Part shown: positions 37,480 to 46,563 of the stretch, in pieces
How positions within the stretch are numbered: position 1 is the first letter of the stretch
Layout: every line of letters starts with the position of its first letter
Source: Alphaproteobacteria bacterium
Lineage (GTDB): Bacteria; Pseudomonadota; Alphaproteobacteria; JAVJRE01
Direction: 5' to 3'
DNA: 64,000 nt
Assembly: GCA_040218575.1 (NCBI GenBank)
Contig: JAVJRE010000005.1
Location: 26,419-90,418, forward strand
Position numbers and translations under genes: made by a program
Notes under the pieces: generated by a model
Told to the model about the DNA's origin: nothing
Seen by the model: the letters and a program-made list of their open reading frames with translations, nothing else
The model's database searches: none

Positions 37480-38166
37480 ATGGCGCAAATCCTTGCCGGA
37501 CGGCTCTATGGCTGGCCGGAGTTCAGCGATGACGGACAGGATATCTGGCTCATTCACCTGGAGGAGCCGGGTTTTTTCATGCGCGTAGTGGAACCGCCGG
37601 CCGAAGACCCGGATGCGGATGGGGACGGCGAGGAGGATGGGGACGCTGCAGCCGATGGCCTGGTCCGCCTGCCCGAGGCGCGGATCGCCTTTGCCAACCG
37701 GTCGGGTCTGGCGCTGGGCAATCTGGTCTTCTTCGAACCGCGGCCCGCCGACATGGCGGTTGTGGCGCAGGCCATTGCCGGCATGGTCGCGGCCATCGAA
37801 GACGATATGGTCCTCGACCTGATCGGCATCACGACCCGTGGCTATGCCCCGGCCCAGACACGGGTGGAACTGGAGGACATGCCGACGGGATATCTGATCG
37901 GCAGCCTGTATGACAGCGATGAAGGGCTGGTGGGCGACGATGCGTGGGTCGCCCATCTGGGGCCGCCGCCCTTTGCCCTGATGGCCAGCGACATCACGCA
38001 GGAAGACGTAGCGGACGAGGCGATCTGGGCGACGGTGGATGGCGACCGGGTGCTGACCGGCCTTATCTGGCTATCGAGCCTGGCCTGCGCGCCGGAAGAA
38101 CTGCGTCGTATCGCCGGTGAGGCGGCGGCCCTGCTGCGTGACAGCGAGGACCCGACGGCGGACTGA
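37480..38166 (+). CDS. Hypothetical acidic protein (228 aa, Asp/Glu-rich insert)
   Basis: Long ORF with GC-rich third positions like its neighbours. No motif recognised. Confidence 0.5.
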   Translation: MAQILAGRLYGWPEFSDDGQDIWLIHLEEPGFFMRVVEPPAEDPDADGDGEEDGDAAADGLVRLPEARIAFANRSGLALGNLVFFEPRPADMAVVAQAIAGMVAAIEDDMVLDLIGITTRGYAPAQTRVELEDMPTGYLIGSLYDSDEGLVGDDAWVAHLGPPPFALMASDITQEDVADEAIWATVDGDRVLTGLIWLSSLACAPEELRRIAGEAAALLRDSEDPTAD

Positions 38167-38198
38167 TCCACCATCCATACAAACCAATCCACAAGAAA

Positions 38199-38274
38199 TG
38201 GCGTCCCCTACGGGAATCGAACCCGTGTTTCCGGCGTGAGAGGCCGATGTCCTGGACCGCTAGACGAAGGGGAC
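38199..38274 (-). tRNA. tRNA-Glu (anticodon CUC), CCA encoded
   Basis: The reverse complement folds by hand into a cloverleaf: acceptor GTCCCCT/AGGGGAC, D stem GTCT/GGAC, anticodon stem TCGGC/GCCGG with loop CTCTCAC, T arm ACGGG-TTCGATT-CCCGT, discriminator G plus CCA. 76 nt. Confidence 0.92.
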
Positions 38275-38412
38275 CGGCGGACCTTCACCTAAGGGAAGGG
38301 GCGGCCGGATTCAAGGCCTGACCGCAGCCGGCAGGGGCCGCGCCGGGTGCGCCACGGCAAACGGCGCAAGCCGCCTCGCCCTTGCGGCCTGACCTGTGGC
38401 AGACTCCGGCCC

Positions 38413-39102
38413 ATGACACGGCATTGTCAGTCCGGCTGGTGTGACACCGGCACCATGGCCTGGACCGGGAGTCCAGCCGGCGGCGTATCCCGCAAGCGCC
38501 TGATTCATCTGGGGCCGCCCGAGTCCGGCCAGGTGACGTCGGTGGTGCGCTTTGCGGCGGGCAGCCGCTTTGCCATGCACCCTCACCCGGGCGGTGAGGA
38601 AATCCTGGTCCTGGACGGTGTATTCAGCGACGCGCAGGGTGACTGGCCAGCCGGCACCTATCTGCTGAACCCGGAAGGGTTCGTCCATGCCCCATGGTCG
38701 GAAACAGGCTGTACGCTGTTCGTGCGGCTGCGCCAACACCCGGGCCCGCGCCGGGCGATCGCCATGACCACGAGCGGCGAGGCCGCCTGGCGGGGCCAGG
38801 TCGGCGGGCCGCAGCACCTCGACCTGCACCGCCCTGCCGACCAGCCCGACGCCACCTGGCTGGAGGACTGGCCGGCCGGGCACGTCCACACGCCAACGGC
38901 CTGCCCGGACGGGCTGGAGATATTCATTGTCACGGGCACACTCACCAGTGGTGGCGGCACACGGCCGCCCGGCGCCTGGCTCAATCTGGCGCCCGGAGAA
39001 TCGTTCACTGGCTCCACTGCCGATGGCTGCCGCCTGTATATGCGCCGTGGCGGCGGCGTGCATCTGGCTGCCGCATCACACGTTGAACCCCTGACCGCCT
39101 GA
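38413..39102 (+). CDS. Cupin-domain protein (ChrR-type cupin, apparently bicupin)
   Basis: GSRFAMHPHPGGEEILVLDGVFSD..G.WPAGTYLLNPEGFVHAPWS, plus a second beta-rich half. Start uncertain: 38347 (GTG) or 38413 (ATG). Confidence 0.6.
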   Translation: MTRHCQSGWCDTGTMAWTGSPAGGVSRKRLIHLGPPESGQVTSVVRFAAGSRFAMHPHPGGEEILVLDGVFSDAQGDWPAGTYLLNPEGFVHAPWSETGCTLFVRLRQHPGPRRAIAMTTSGEAAWRGQVGGPQHLDLHRPADQPDATWLEDWPAGHVHTPTACPDGLEIFIVTGTLTSGGGTRPPGAWLNLAPGESFTGSTADGCRLYMRRGGGVHLAAASHVEPLTA

Positions 39103-39118
39103 CCCGGGAGATCCACCC

Positions 39119-40120
39119 ATGTCCAACAGCCAGCCCCCAGCCGGATCAACGCCGTCGTTCGACAGCGTACCGGTCATCGACATCGAAGGCGCCGACCGCG
39201 ATGCCCGGCGCCTGCAGGAAACCGCCGACAAAATCTATGACGCCTGCACCCGCGTCGGTTTTTTCTATGTGGCAGGCCATGGCCTCCCGGCGGATCTGGT
39301 GAGCCGCACCTACGATCTGTCGCGGCAGTTTTTCGACCTGCCCGAAGCCCGCAAGAAGGCGGTGGAGATCAACGCCATTAACCGCGGCTGGATTGCCGAG
39401 GGCCAGGCGAAAATGACCGGGGCCAAGCTGCCGGACCTGAAAGAGAGCTTCAAGATCGGGCTGGACCTGCCGCTGGATGATCCGGATGTGCTGGCGGGCC
39501 TGCCTCTGGCCGGACCGAATGTTTGGCCCGACGATGTTCCGGGCATGGCAGATACGGTCTATGCCTACTTCGAGGGGGTCATGGGCATAGGCGCCAGCAT
39601 TCTGCGGGCCACGGCGGTGAGTCTTGGTTTGGCCGAGGACTTCTTCGCCAAACGCTATGCAAAGCCCATCGCCCGTACCGGACTGCTCTACTATCCCGAC
39701 CAGGATCCCACACGGGGCGATGACCAGTTCGGCGTGGCGCCGCATACGGACTATGGCTGCCTGACCGTCCTGTCACAGGATTCCAGCGGTGGCCTGCAGG
39801 TAATGAACAAGGCGGGCCAATGGGTCGAAGCCCCGCCGATCCCCGGCACATTCGTCATCAATGTAGGCGATTTGCTGGAGCGCTGGAGCAATGACCGGTT
39901 TACGTCAACGCCGCACCGGGTCATCAATCGGTCGGGCCACGCGCGCTATTCCATCTCGCACTTCTACGACCCGACCTATGAGACGGTGGTTGATCCGCGC
40001 GACGCCGGACTGCCCGCAGGCATGGACTCGAAGTATGAACCCGTGCTGGCCGGTGACTATGTGCTTGGCCGCTTCGATACAACCATGGCTTATCGCAGTA
40101 AGTTCAAGGCAACCGCCTGA
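39119..40120 (+). CDS. 2-oxoglutarate/Fe(II)-dependent oxygenase (isopenicillin N synthase-like family)
   Basis: VPVIDI...FFYVAGHG N-terminal motif, HTDYGCLTVLSQD (HxD), FTSTPHRV...RYSISHF (distal His and Arg). Confidence 0.8.
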   Translation: MSNSQPPAGSTPSFDSVPVIDIEGADRDARRLQETADKIYDACTRVGFFYVAGHGLPADLVSRTYDLSRQFFDLPEARKKAVEINAINRGWIAEGQAKMTGAKLPDLKESFKIGLDLPLDDPDVLAGLPLAGPNVWPDDVPGMADTVYAYFEGVMGIGASILRATAVSLGLAEDFFAKRYAKPIARTGLLYYPDQDPTRGDDQFGVAPHTDYGCLTVLSQDSSGGLQVMNKAGQWVEAPPIPGTFVINVGDLLERWSNDRFTSTPHRVINRSGHARYSISHFYDPTYETVVDPRDAGLPAGMDSKYEPVLAGDYVLGRFDTTMAYRSKFKATA

Positions 40121-40130
40121 CCCGTCCCCA

Positions 40131-40442
40131 TCAGGGTTCTGTCGCCTCAACCCGGCCAAGGATGCGGCCATCATCAGGGTCCATCAACAGCACGGACCGG
40201 CGACCGTCTCTGGCCTCCACCAGGATGGCCAGTCCGTCATCGGTGGCAACGACTGAAAGAATGGTAGCGGCCGCTGCGATCTCTACCTGCCAGGCAGGCG
40301 GCGGCGTATGGCGGCTCTCCGCCCCGCCGGACAGGCGAAAAGCAATGACCGCGACAATGGCTGACGCCACCAGAACGATGAGAACTGCCATGATGACCAC
40401 GGCCATCTTGAGGGCGCGGAGATTGACCGGAGTCGTCTGCAT
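40131..40442 (-). CDS. Small membrane-anchored hypothetical protein (103 aa)
   Basis: One TM segment (LKMAVVIMAVLIVLVASAIVAVIAF) then a soluble tail. This is only the last 103 codons of the 520-aa track ORF; the rest is antisense to rluD. Confidence 0.45.
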   Translation of the reverse strand: MQTTPVNLRALKMAVVIMAVLIVLVASAIVAVIAFRLSGGAESRHTPPPAWQVEIAAAATILSVVATDDGLAILVEARDGRRSVLLMDPDDGRILGRVEATEP

Positions 40443-40472
40443 GATCGTGTCGCCCCAATCCACTGCCTGTGA

Positions 40473-41534
40473 ATGACGGTGCCCGCGGACCCGCCCCAAC
40501 GCCATATGGCCATCGTCGGCCAGGAGGATGCCGGCAAGCGGCTGGACCGGTTTGTCGCCGAAGCCCTCAGTCCGCTGTCCCGCTCCCGCGCCAAGGCGCT
40601 GGTGGAAGGCGGCCATGTCGCCCTTGTGGGCGGCCGGACCATAAGAGAGCCGGCGCACCGGGTCAAACTGCAAGAAGAATGGCGCGTTGACGTACCGCCA
40701 GCCGAGATCACCACCCTGCCGGCGCAGGCCATGGACCTGGCCGTCGCCTATGAGGACGACCACCTGATCGTGGTGAACAAACCGGCCGGTCTGGTAGTGC
40801 ATCCCGCCCCCGGCAATCCCGACCGCACACTGGTCAACGCCCTGCTGGCCCACTGCGGCGACAGCCTGACCGGCATCGGCGGCGAGCGCCGGCCGGGTAT
40901 CGTCCACCGCCTGGACAAGGATACCAGTGGCCTGCTGGTTGTCGCCAAGACAGGGATTGTCCATGCGGATCTGGTGTCCCAGTTCTCCGCCCGCACGGTG
41001 CATCGGCGCTATCTGGCGCTGGTTCACGGCCAGCCACGGCCGGCCACAGGACACTTCAGCGGCGCCATTGGCCGCAGCCCCCACGACCGCAAGCGCATGG
41101 CGGTCGTGGACAGCGGCGGCCGCGACGCCGCCACGGCGTATTGCCGCCTGCTCAGCTTTGCCCCCTATGCCAGCCTGCTGCTGTGTCGCCTGGCCACCGG
41201 TCGCACCCACCAGATTCGGGTTCACCTGAGCCATGCGGGCCACCCGCTGGTCGGCGATCCGGTCTATGGCCGGCGCCGGCCGCGCCGGGCGAGCACAAGC
41301 CACCAGACGGAGATGGAGGCCGCAGCGGCCACTTTGCTGGGCGCATTTCCGCGCCAGGCCCTGCATGCCGCCAGCCTTGGTTTCCGCCACCCGGCGAGCG
41401 GAGACTCCATGCTCTTTCGGGCTGAACCACCGGCCGACTTCAACAAGTTGGGGGCGGCCCTGGCCGGACTGAGTGGCGGCCAGTGGCCAGACACGCTGGC
41501 AAGGGCCGAAATCCTTGATCAGATGCTGGACTGA
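40473..41534 (+). CDS. rluD: RluA-family 23S rRNA pseudouridine synthase (RluD-like, S4 domain)
   Basis: GKRLDRFVAEAL S4 region, catalytic HRLDKDTSGLLVVAKT, TGRTHQIRVHL. Confidence 0.88.
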   Translation: MTVPADPPQRHMAIVGQEDAGKRLDRFVAEALSPLSRSRAKALVEGGHVALVGGRTIREPAHRVKLQEEWRVDVPPAEITTLPAQAMDLAVAYEDDHLIVVNKPAGLVVHPAPGNPDRTLVNALLAHCGDSLTGIGGERRPGIVHRLDKDTSGLLVVAKTGIVHADLVSQFSARTVHRRYLALVHGQPRPATGHFSGAIGRSPHDRKRMAVVDSGGRDAATAYCRLLSFAPYASLLLCRLATGRTHQIRVHLSHAGHPLVGDPVYGRRRPRRASTSHQTEMEAAAATLLGAFPRQALHAASLGFRHPASGDSMLFRAEPPADFNKLGAALAGLSGGQWPDTLARAEILDQMLD

Positions 41535-41646
41535 ACCGGCCCCGACGTGAACGAATTGGTCACGGACGCCGTTTGTAATACATTGGATTGTCCGTGCCCC
41601 GCGGGCCCACTGGGGATTTGTCGTCCATGACCGTTCGGAGGCTGGA

Positions 41647-42552
41647 ATGAGCGGTAGCCGGGCTTTGGCCCCCGTTCTGACACCGGAGAGCAATCTCTCC
41701 CGCTATCTCCATGACATCCGCCAGTTTCCCATGCTGGAGGCGGATGAAGAGTATGTGCTGGCCAAAAGCTGGAAGGAGCACGGGGACCAGGAGGCGGCGC
41801 ACCAACTCGTGACCAGTCATCTGCGCCTGGTGGCCAAGATCGCCATGGGGTATCGCGGCTACGGTCTGCCCCTGGCTGAACTTATTTCCGAAGGCAATGT
41901 GGGCATGATGCAGGCGGTCAAGCGTTTTGACCCGGAGCGCGGGTTCCGCCTGTCCACCTACGCCATGTGGTGGATTCGTGCCTCGATTCAGGAATACATC
42001 CTGCATTCCTGGTCACTGGTGAAGATGGGCACGACCGCGGCACAGAAGAAGCTGTTCTTCAATCTGCGACGGCTCAAGGGACAGATGAAAGCCATTGACG
42101 AGGGCGACCTCAGCCCCGAGCAGGTAAGCGAGATCGCCACCACCCTGGCGGTCAGCGAGGACGACGTTATCCAGATGAACCGGCGGTTGGCCGGCCCTGA
42201 CCGTTCACTCAACGTCCCGGTGCACGAGGACGGTGACGGGGAGTGGCAGGACTGGCTCAGCGACGACCGCCAGACCCATGATGTGGCGCTGGCCGAACAG
42301 GACGAGACAGAAGCCCGGCGCCACCTGCTCAACCGGGCGCTGAAGACGCTCAACACCCGCGAACGCCGCATACTCGAGGCCCGCCGCCTGCGTGAGGAAC
42401 CGCTTACTCTGGAAGCCCTGAGTGAGGACTATGGCGTCAGTCGGGAGCGAATCCGACAGATCGAGGTGCGCGCCTTCGAGAAGCTGCAGCAAGCCATCCG
42501 CGACATGGCGCAGAAGGAGCGGCTTGACGACAATCTCACCGTGCCGGCGTGA
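41647..42552 (+). CDS. rpoH: RNA polymerase sigma-32 (heat-shock sigma factor)
   Basis: LRLVAKIAMGYRGYGLPLAELISEGNVGMMQAVKRFDP, and the RpoH box QKKLFFNLRRLK. Confidence 0.92.
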   Translation: MSGSRALAPVLTPESNLSRYLHDIRQFPMLEADEEYVLAKSWKEHGDQEAAHQLVTSHLRLVAKIAMGYRGYGLPLAELISEGNVGMMQAVKRFDPERGFRLSTYAMWWIRASIQEYILHSWSLVKMGTTAAQKKLFFNLRRLKGQMKAIDEGDLSPEQVSEIATTLAVSEDDVIQMNRRLAGPDRSLNVPVHEDGDGEWQDWLSDDRQTHDVALAEQDETEARRHLLNRALKTLNTRERRILEARRLREEPLTLEALSEDYGVSRERIRQIEVRAFEKLQQAIRDMAQKERLDDNLTVPA

Positions 42553-42567
42553 CTGGATCGTCGGTGG

Positions 42568-43086
42568 TCAGAGTCTCACCCGCGGCGTCGGGCCGTTGTC
42601 GCCTTCGGCCACCTCCGGCCCCCAGTCCTGAACCAGGCGCACCTGCTCTTCACGGTCAAGCACGATGCGCCGCTCGGCCCAGGCATTGAAGAAAACGCCT
42701 GCAATTCCCGGCATCATGACCGTCAGGCCCCAGCCGATTCCGGCCGCACCATACATGGCCAACCAGGCATAGACGTTGCCGACAATGGCAACCGCGGTCG
42801 CCAGCGTGTTGGCGCCACTCCACAAATCAAAGACGAACGGCATGGTTCCCGCCATATTGAGCAGGCCGATGGTGTAGGTGCGATAGCGCGGCCGCTCCAC
42901 ATCCGCGACAAAGGCGACGATACTCGGCGCCATTCCGACGCCAACGACGATAGCCGTCGGCAGGGCAATGGCCAGAAGGCCGATCAGGCCGACCAGCAGA
43001 ACAATCCATGCCGTCGGTATCCGCGAGCTCGGCACACCGGTGGCGTCAGCGGTTGGACGTGACACGCGGGCGGGCGGACGAACCAT
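42568..43086 (-). CDS. Hypothetical integral membrane protein (about 4 TM)
   Basis: Four hydrophobic stretches. The ATG lies 2 nt after the stop of the upstream kinase-like gene. Confidence 0.55.
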   Translation of the reverse strand: MVRPPARVSRPTADATGVPSSRIPTAWIVLLVGLIGLLAIALPTAIVVGVGMAPSIVAFVADVERPRYRTYTIGLLNMAGTMPFVFDLWSGANTLATAVAIVGNVYAWLAMYGAAGIGWGLTVMMPGIAGVFFNAWAERRIVLDREEQVRLVQDWGPEVAEGDNGPTPRVRL

Positions 43087-43088
43087 GA

Positions 43089-45146
43089 TCAGCCGCTCAC
43101 CACGACGGCGATAACGCCGGCGGAAATTGCGCCGGCCAGCGACAGCGCCAGGCGGTTGCCAAGAGCCCGGATACGGCCGGTGCGCCAGGCCGGATTGGTC
43201 TCCAGTTGATGGACCTGAGTGGCCAGCGCGCGATAGCGCTGTCGGGCGGCGGCGAAACCGGCATTGTCGGCCTGCCGGGCGGCGGGGTCTTCCAGGATGC
43301 GGTGCATCTCCGTCAGACTGCCCGCCGTAGCGGCTTCTGCCACTTCGCGCTCCAGCCCGTTGCGCACTTTTGCGTGGCGATAGGTGAGAAAGGCCGGCCG
43401 CAGCACTTCATTCATCCATGCCGCCAGCGCCGGCAACGGGCCATGCCGATACCGTTTCTGCATCTCGGCAAGAGCATAGAGGCAGGCACGAGCGCTGCCC
43501 GCCGGTTCACCGGCCGGACGGATTCTTTCCAGCGTCGTTTCCAGCGCACGTCCGCCACGGGCCGCGATAAACGCCGCCACATGCCGGTCGATCGGCAGCC
43601 TCTGACGGTCGGCCGACTCCGCCGCCCGGTTCAGCGCCGGCAGCAGCATCTCAGGGTCGCTGACAAGTTCCTGCTCCAGAACCCGGCTGAGACAGGGCAT
43701 GGCGGCATCGGCTTCGTAAACGCAGCGCTCTACGCCGCGCCCTGTCGCCGGGGACCGCAGATAGGCTCTGAGAGTGTCAAACGTGCGATTGGTGGCGTCC
43801 GCTTCCTGGCCAGGGCGTATCGATGCCTGCATCCGTGCCCAGAACTGCGGCGTCATGCTGGTCAGGAGGGAAATCAGCGAGCGGATGCGTGTCTCATCAC
43901 CCATGGCCGAGGCCAGCATGGAACCGGTGGCATCGGGGAAGAAGGCCAGCCCGCGAAACCGGAGAGGGGCCGCCGGATCAAGCGCGGCCGCCGCCCGCGA
44001 CACTTTGTGGTCATCCGAGAGAGCCACAGATTGCGGCGTGTCTGCGGAAACCAGCAAGGCATCGGCGCGTTCTGGCCGGGCCGCACTGCGCCGTATCCAG
44101 ATATCAAGCTTGCTGTCCGCCAGCAGCTCCGGCGCTTCCTGCCAGTCCACCGACAGGTGGTGCGCCACCGCGCGCAGGGTGCCGTGACGGGCACCACGCC
44201 ACTCGAACGGCCGGGCCGCCTGTCGCTCAACCGGCGCCTGACTGTATCCCAGCCGCTGGCCGGCCAACCATGCAGACAGCCGGTCCGCCGTCCAGCGCGC
44301 CTGTCCGTCATCGACCAGAAGGCCGCGCAGCACCTCGGCAATATCCCGCGACAAGGTGTACTCACCGGCCAGCGTGGCATAGCTGCCCCGCTCCAGCTTT
44401 TCCCGCAGCAGAGCCGCATCATCAAGATCAATCCGCGGCCATCGACCGGTCGCCAGGACCAGCAGGCAAACACCTACCGCATACATGTCATCAGGCGGTC
44501 TGCCGTCGCCACGACCCGCCGGGTCCGCCATCATGGACTCCACGGGCTCAAAGACCGCGGGCTGATCCATGGCCGGCGGCGCCGAGACGGCTTCGCCAAG
44601 AACGACGGCGTCGCTCTCTCCGACGCGCCACAAATTGGTTGGCCGAACAGCGCGGCTGGTCAGACCATGGCTGGCGAACGTCATCATCGCCCGCGCCGCC
44701 GGTTGCAGGAACCCATCCAGCAGGGCGCGCGCCGGCCATGGCGTAAATTGCGCTTGCGGCCCGCTCATGATGCGTGCGCCCGGCGGCCGCGACATGATTG
44801 TCACATGAACCGTGCCACCGGCCGCCGCGCCGGCGGCCGGTGGCCATGGCGTCGCCATGGTGTCATAGACGCGCACACTATCGGGCACTTCGAAGCGCAC
44901 GAGCTTATCCAGCATGGCGCGTCGCGGCGGCAGGCGTCGACCGGCGACCAGGGCCACAAGGTCGCGGCGCCCGGACTCGCGATCTGTGACCGCATAGGCG
45001 CGGGCCTGCGGGGAATCGAAGGATTCCAGGCGCTGACTGACAAGAATGTCATAGCGGCCGGCCGTGACCACCGCGCCATCCCCCTGGTCTGAAAACTGGC
45101 TGGCGGGCTGGTGAACGGCCGCCTCGGTCTGGCCCGCATCGGCCAT
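43089..45146 (-). CDS. Protein-kinase-like (apparently catalytically degenerate) protein with long helical region and C-terminal TM anchor
   Basis: HGLTSRAVRPTNLW replaces HRDxKPxN. DMYAVGVCLLVLATGRWP matches subdomain IX. No GxGxxG, VAIK or DFG equivalents seen. Terminal LALSLAGAISAGVIAVVVSG. GGAG RBS before the ATG at 45146. Confidence 0.6.
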   Translation of the reverse strand: MADAGQTEAAVHQPASQFSDQGDGAVVTAGRYDILVSQRLESFDSPQARAYAVTDRESGRRDLVALVAGRRLPPRRAMLDKLVRFEVPDSVRVYDTMATPWPPAAGAAAGGTVHVTIMSRPPGARIMSGPQAQFTPWPARALLDGFLQPAARAMMTFASHGLTSRAVRPTNLWRVGESDAVVLGEAVSAPPAMDQPAVFEPVESMMADPAGRGDGRPPDDMYAVGVCLLVLATGRWPRIDLDDAALLREKLERGSYATLAGEYTLSRDIAEVLRGLLVDDGQARWTADRLSAWLAGQRLGYSQAPVERQAARPFEWRGARHGTLRAVAHHLSVDWQEAPELLADSKLDIWIRRSAARPERADALLVSADTPQSVALSDDHKVSRAAAALDPAAPLRFRGLAFFPDATGSMLASAMGDETRIRSLISLLTSMTPQFWARMQASIRPGQEADATNRTFDTLRAYLRSPATGRGVERCVYEADAAMPCLSRVLEQELVSDPEMLLPALNRAAESADRQRLPIDRHVAAFIAARGGRALETTLERIRPAGEPAGSARACLYALAEMQKRYRHGPLPALAAWMNEVLRPAFLTYRHAKVRNGLEREVAEAATAGSLTEMHRILEDPAARQADNAGFAAARQRYRALATQVHQLETNPAWRTGRIRALGNRLALSLAGAISAGVIAVVVSG

Positions 45147-45248
45147 GGGCGTTCGCTCCGGCAGTGGCTTCCCGCCACGAGTCTTGCCGAAGACGGCAAA
45201 GAAACTGTTAACGACCCGGCCGCATTGCGCCAGCCGGATCAGGGCCGT

Positions 45249-46541
45249 TCAGTCGGCGAAGGGATCGTGAACCAGTATGGTGTCATCCCGCTCCGGACTG
45301 GTGGACAGCAGGGCTACGGGACAGTCGATCAACTCTTCAATGCGACGGATGTATTTGACCGCCGTCGCCGGCAACTGCGCCCAGGAACGGGCGCCACGGG
45401 TGCTGTCCGACCAGCCTTCCATGGTTTCATAGATCGGCTCGACTCCCGCCTGGCCGCTGACGGAGGCCGGGAAGTAATCAAGGGTCTCGCCCCGGTAGCG
45501 ATAACCGGTACAGACCTGTATGGCCTCGAATCCATCCAGGATGTCCAGCTTGGTCAGGGCGATTCCGTTGATACCAGCGACCTGGACGGCTTGCCGCACC
45601 ATGACGGCATCGAACCAGCCGCAGCGCCGCGCGCGGCCGGTAACCACACCGAATTCGCGGCCACGCTCACCAAGCAACCGGCCCGTATCGTTATTCTGCT
45701 CGGTAGGAAACGGACCGGCGCCGACCCGGGTAGTGTAGGCCTTTGTAATGCCGAGCACATAGCCGATGGCGTCGGGCGCCAGACCGCTGCCGGTTGCCGC
45801 CTGGCCGGCGACGCTGTTGGACGAAGTGACGTAGGGGTAGGTGCCGTGGTCCACATCGAGCATGGCCCCCTGCGCGCCCTCGAACAGCAGGCGACGGCCG
45901 GCCCGGCGCGCCGCGTTCAGGCTACGCCACACAGGCTCTGCGTATGGCAGAATCTTCGGGGCCACGTCACGCAGGGCCGAGAGCAGGTCGGCCGCATCTT
46001 CCTCTGGCGCACCGACGCCCCGCAGGAAGGCGTTGTGATGGTCGAGCAGGGCAGAGACCCGCCGCGCCAGAACATCGTCATCAGCCAGATCGCAAACGCG
46101 GATCGCCCGACGTCCCACCTTGTCCTCATAGGCCGGACCGATGCCGCGGCCGGTGGTGCCGATGGCATCTTTCTTCAGCGCCCGCTCCCGCGCTTGATCG
46201 AGACTGCGGTGAAGCGGCAGAATCAGCGCCGCATTGTCCGCCAGTCGCAGGGTCTCCGGCGTCACCGTGACGCCGGCGGCCCGCACGGTCTCTATTTCCT
46301 TGAGCAACGCCCACGGATCCACCACCACACCATTGCCGATGACCGACAGTTTACCCGGCCGCACGACACCCGACGGCAACAGGCTCAGTTTGTAGGTGGT
46401 ATTACCCACCTGCAGGGTGTGGCCGGCATTGTGACCGCCCTGAAAACGCACGACCACATCGGCCCGCTCCGACAACCAGTCGACGATCTTGCCCTTGCCC
46501 TCGTCACCCCACTGGGCGCCGACCACCACCACATTGGCCAT
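45249..46541 (-). CDS. purA: Adenylosuccinate synthase
   Basis: [21 protein letters not shown]...GGHNAGHT...[14 protein letters not shown]. Confidence 0.95.
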   Translation of the reverse strand: MANVVVVGAQWGDEGKGKIVDWLSERADVVVRFQGGHNAGHTLQVGNTTYKLSLLPSGVVRPGKLSVIGNGVVVDPWALLKEIETVRAAGVTVTPETLRLADNAALILPLHRSLDQARERALKKDAIGTTGRGIGPAYEDKVGRRAIRVCDLADDDVLARRVSALLDHHNAFLRGVGAPEEDAADLLSALRDVAPKILPYAEPVWRSLNAARRAGRRLLFEGAQGAMLDVDHGTYPYVTSSNSVAGQAATGSGLAPDAIGYVLGITKAYTTRVGAGPFPTEQNNDTGRLLGERGREFGVVTGRARRCGWFDAVMVRQAVQVAGINGIALTKLDILDGFEAIQVCTGYRYRGETLDYFPASVSGQAGVEPIYETMEGWSDSTRGARSWAQLPATAVKYIRRIEELIDCPVALLSTSPERDDTILVHDPFAD

Positions 46542-46563
46542 TCTTCAGATCTCCGGAAAGGAT

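Noticed and set aside
36801-40120. A tRNA-Glu-associated genomic island
   Set aside because: There is no integrase, excisionase or mobility gene, and I noticed no direct repeat of the tRNA 3' end. The composition looks like the flanks.
40443-41693. The remaining roughly 417 codons of the 520-aa minus-strand ORF across rluD
   Set aside because: This part is antisense to a well-supported RluD-type pseudouridine synthase and has no motifs. Only the terminal 103 codons outside rluD were kept, as a low-confidence CDS.
45184-45199. Hairpin TTGCCG-aaga-CGGCAA between purA and the kinase-like gene as a terminator
   Set aside because: The stem is only 6 bp, and no U-tract follows in the direction of purA transcription. 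The downstream gene has its own RBS and may be co-transcribed.
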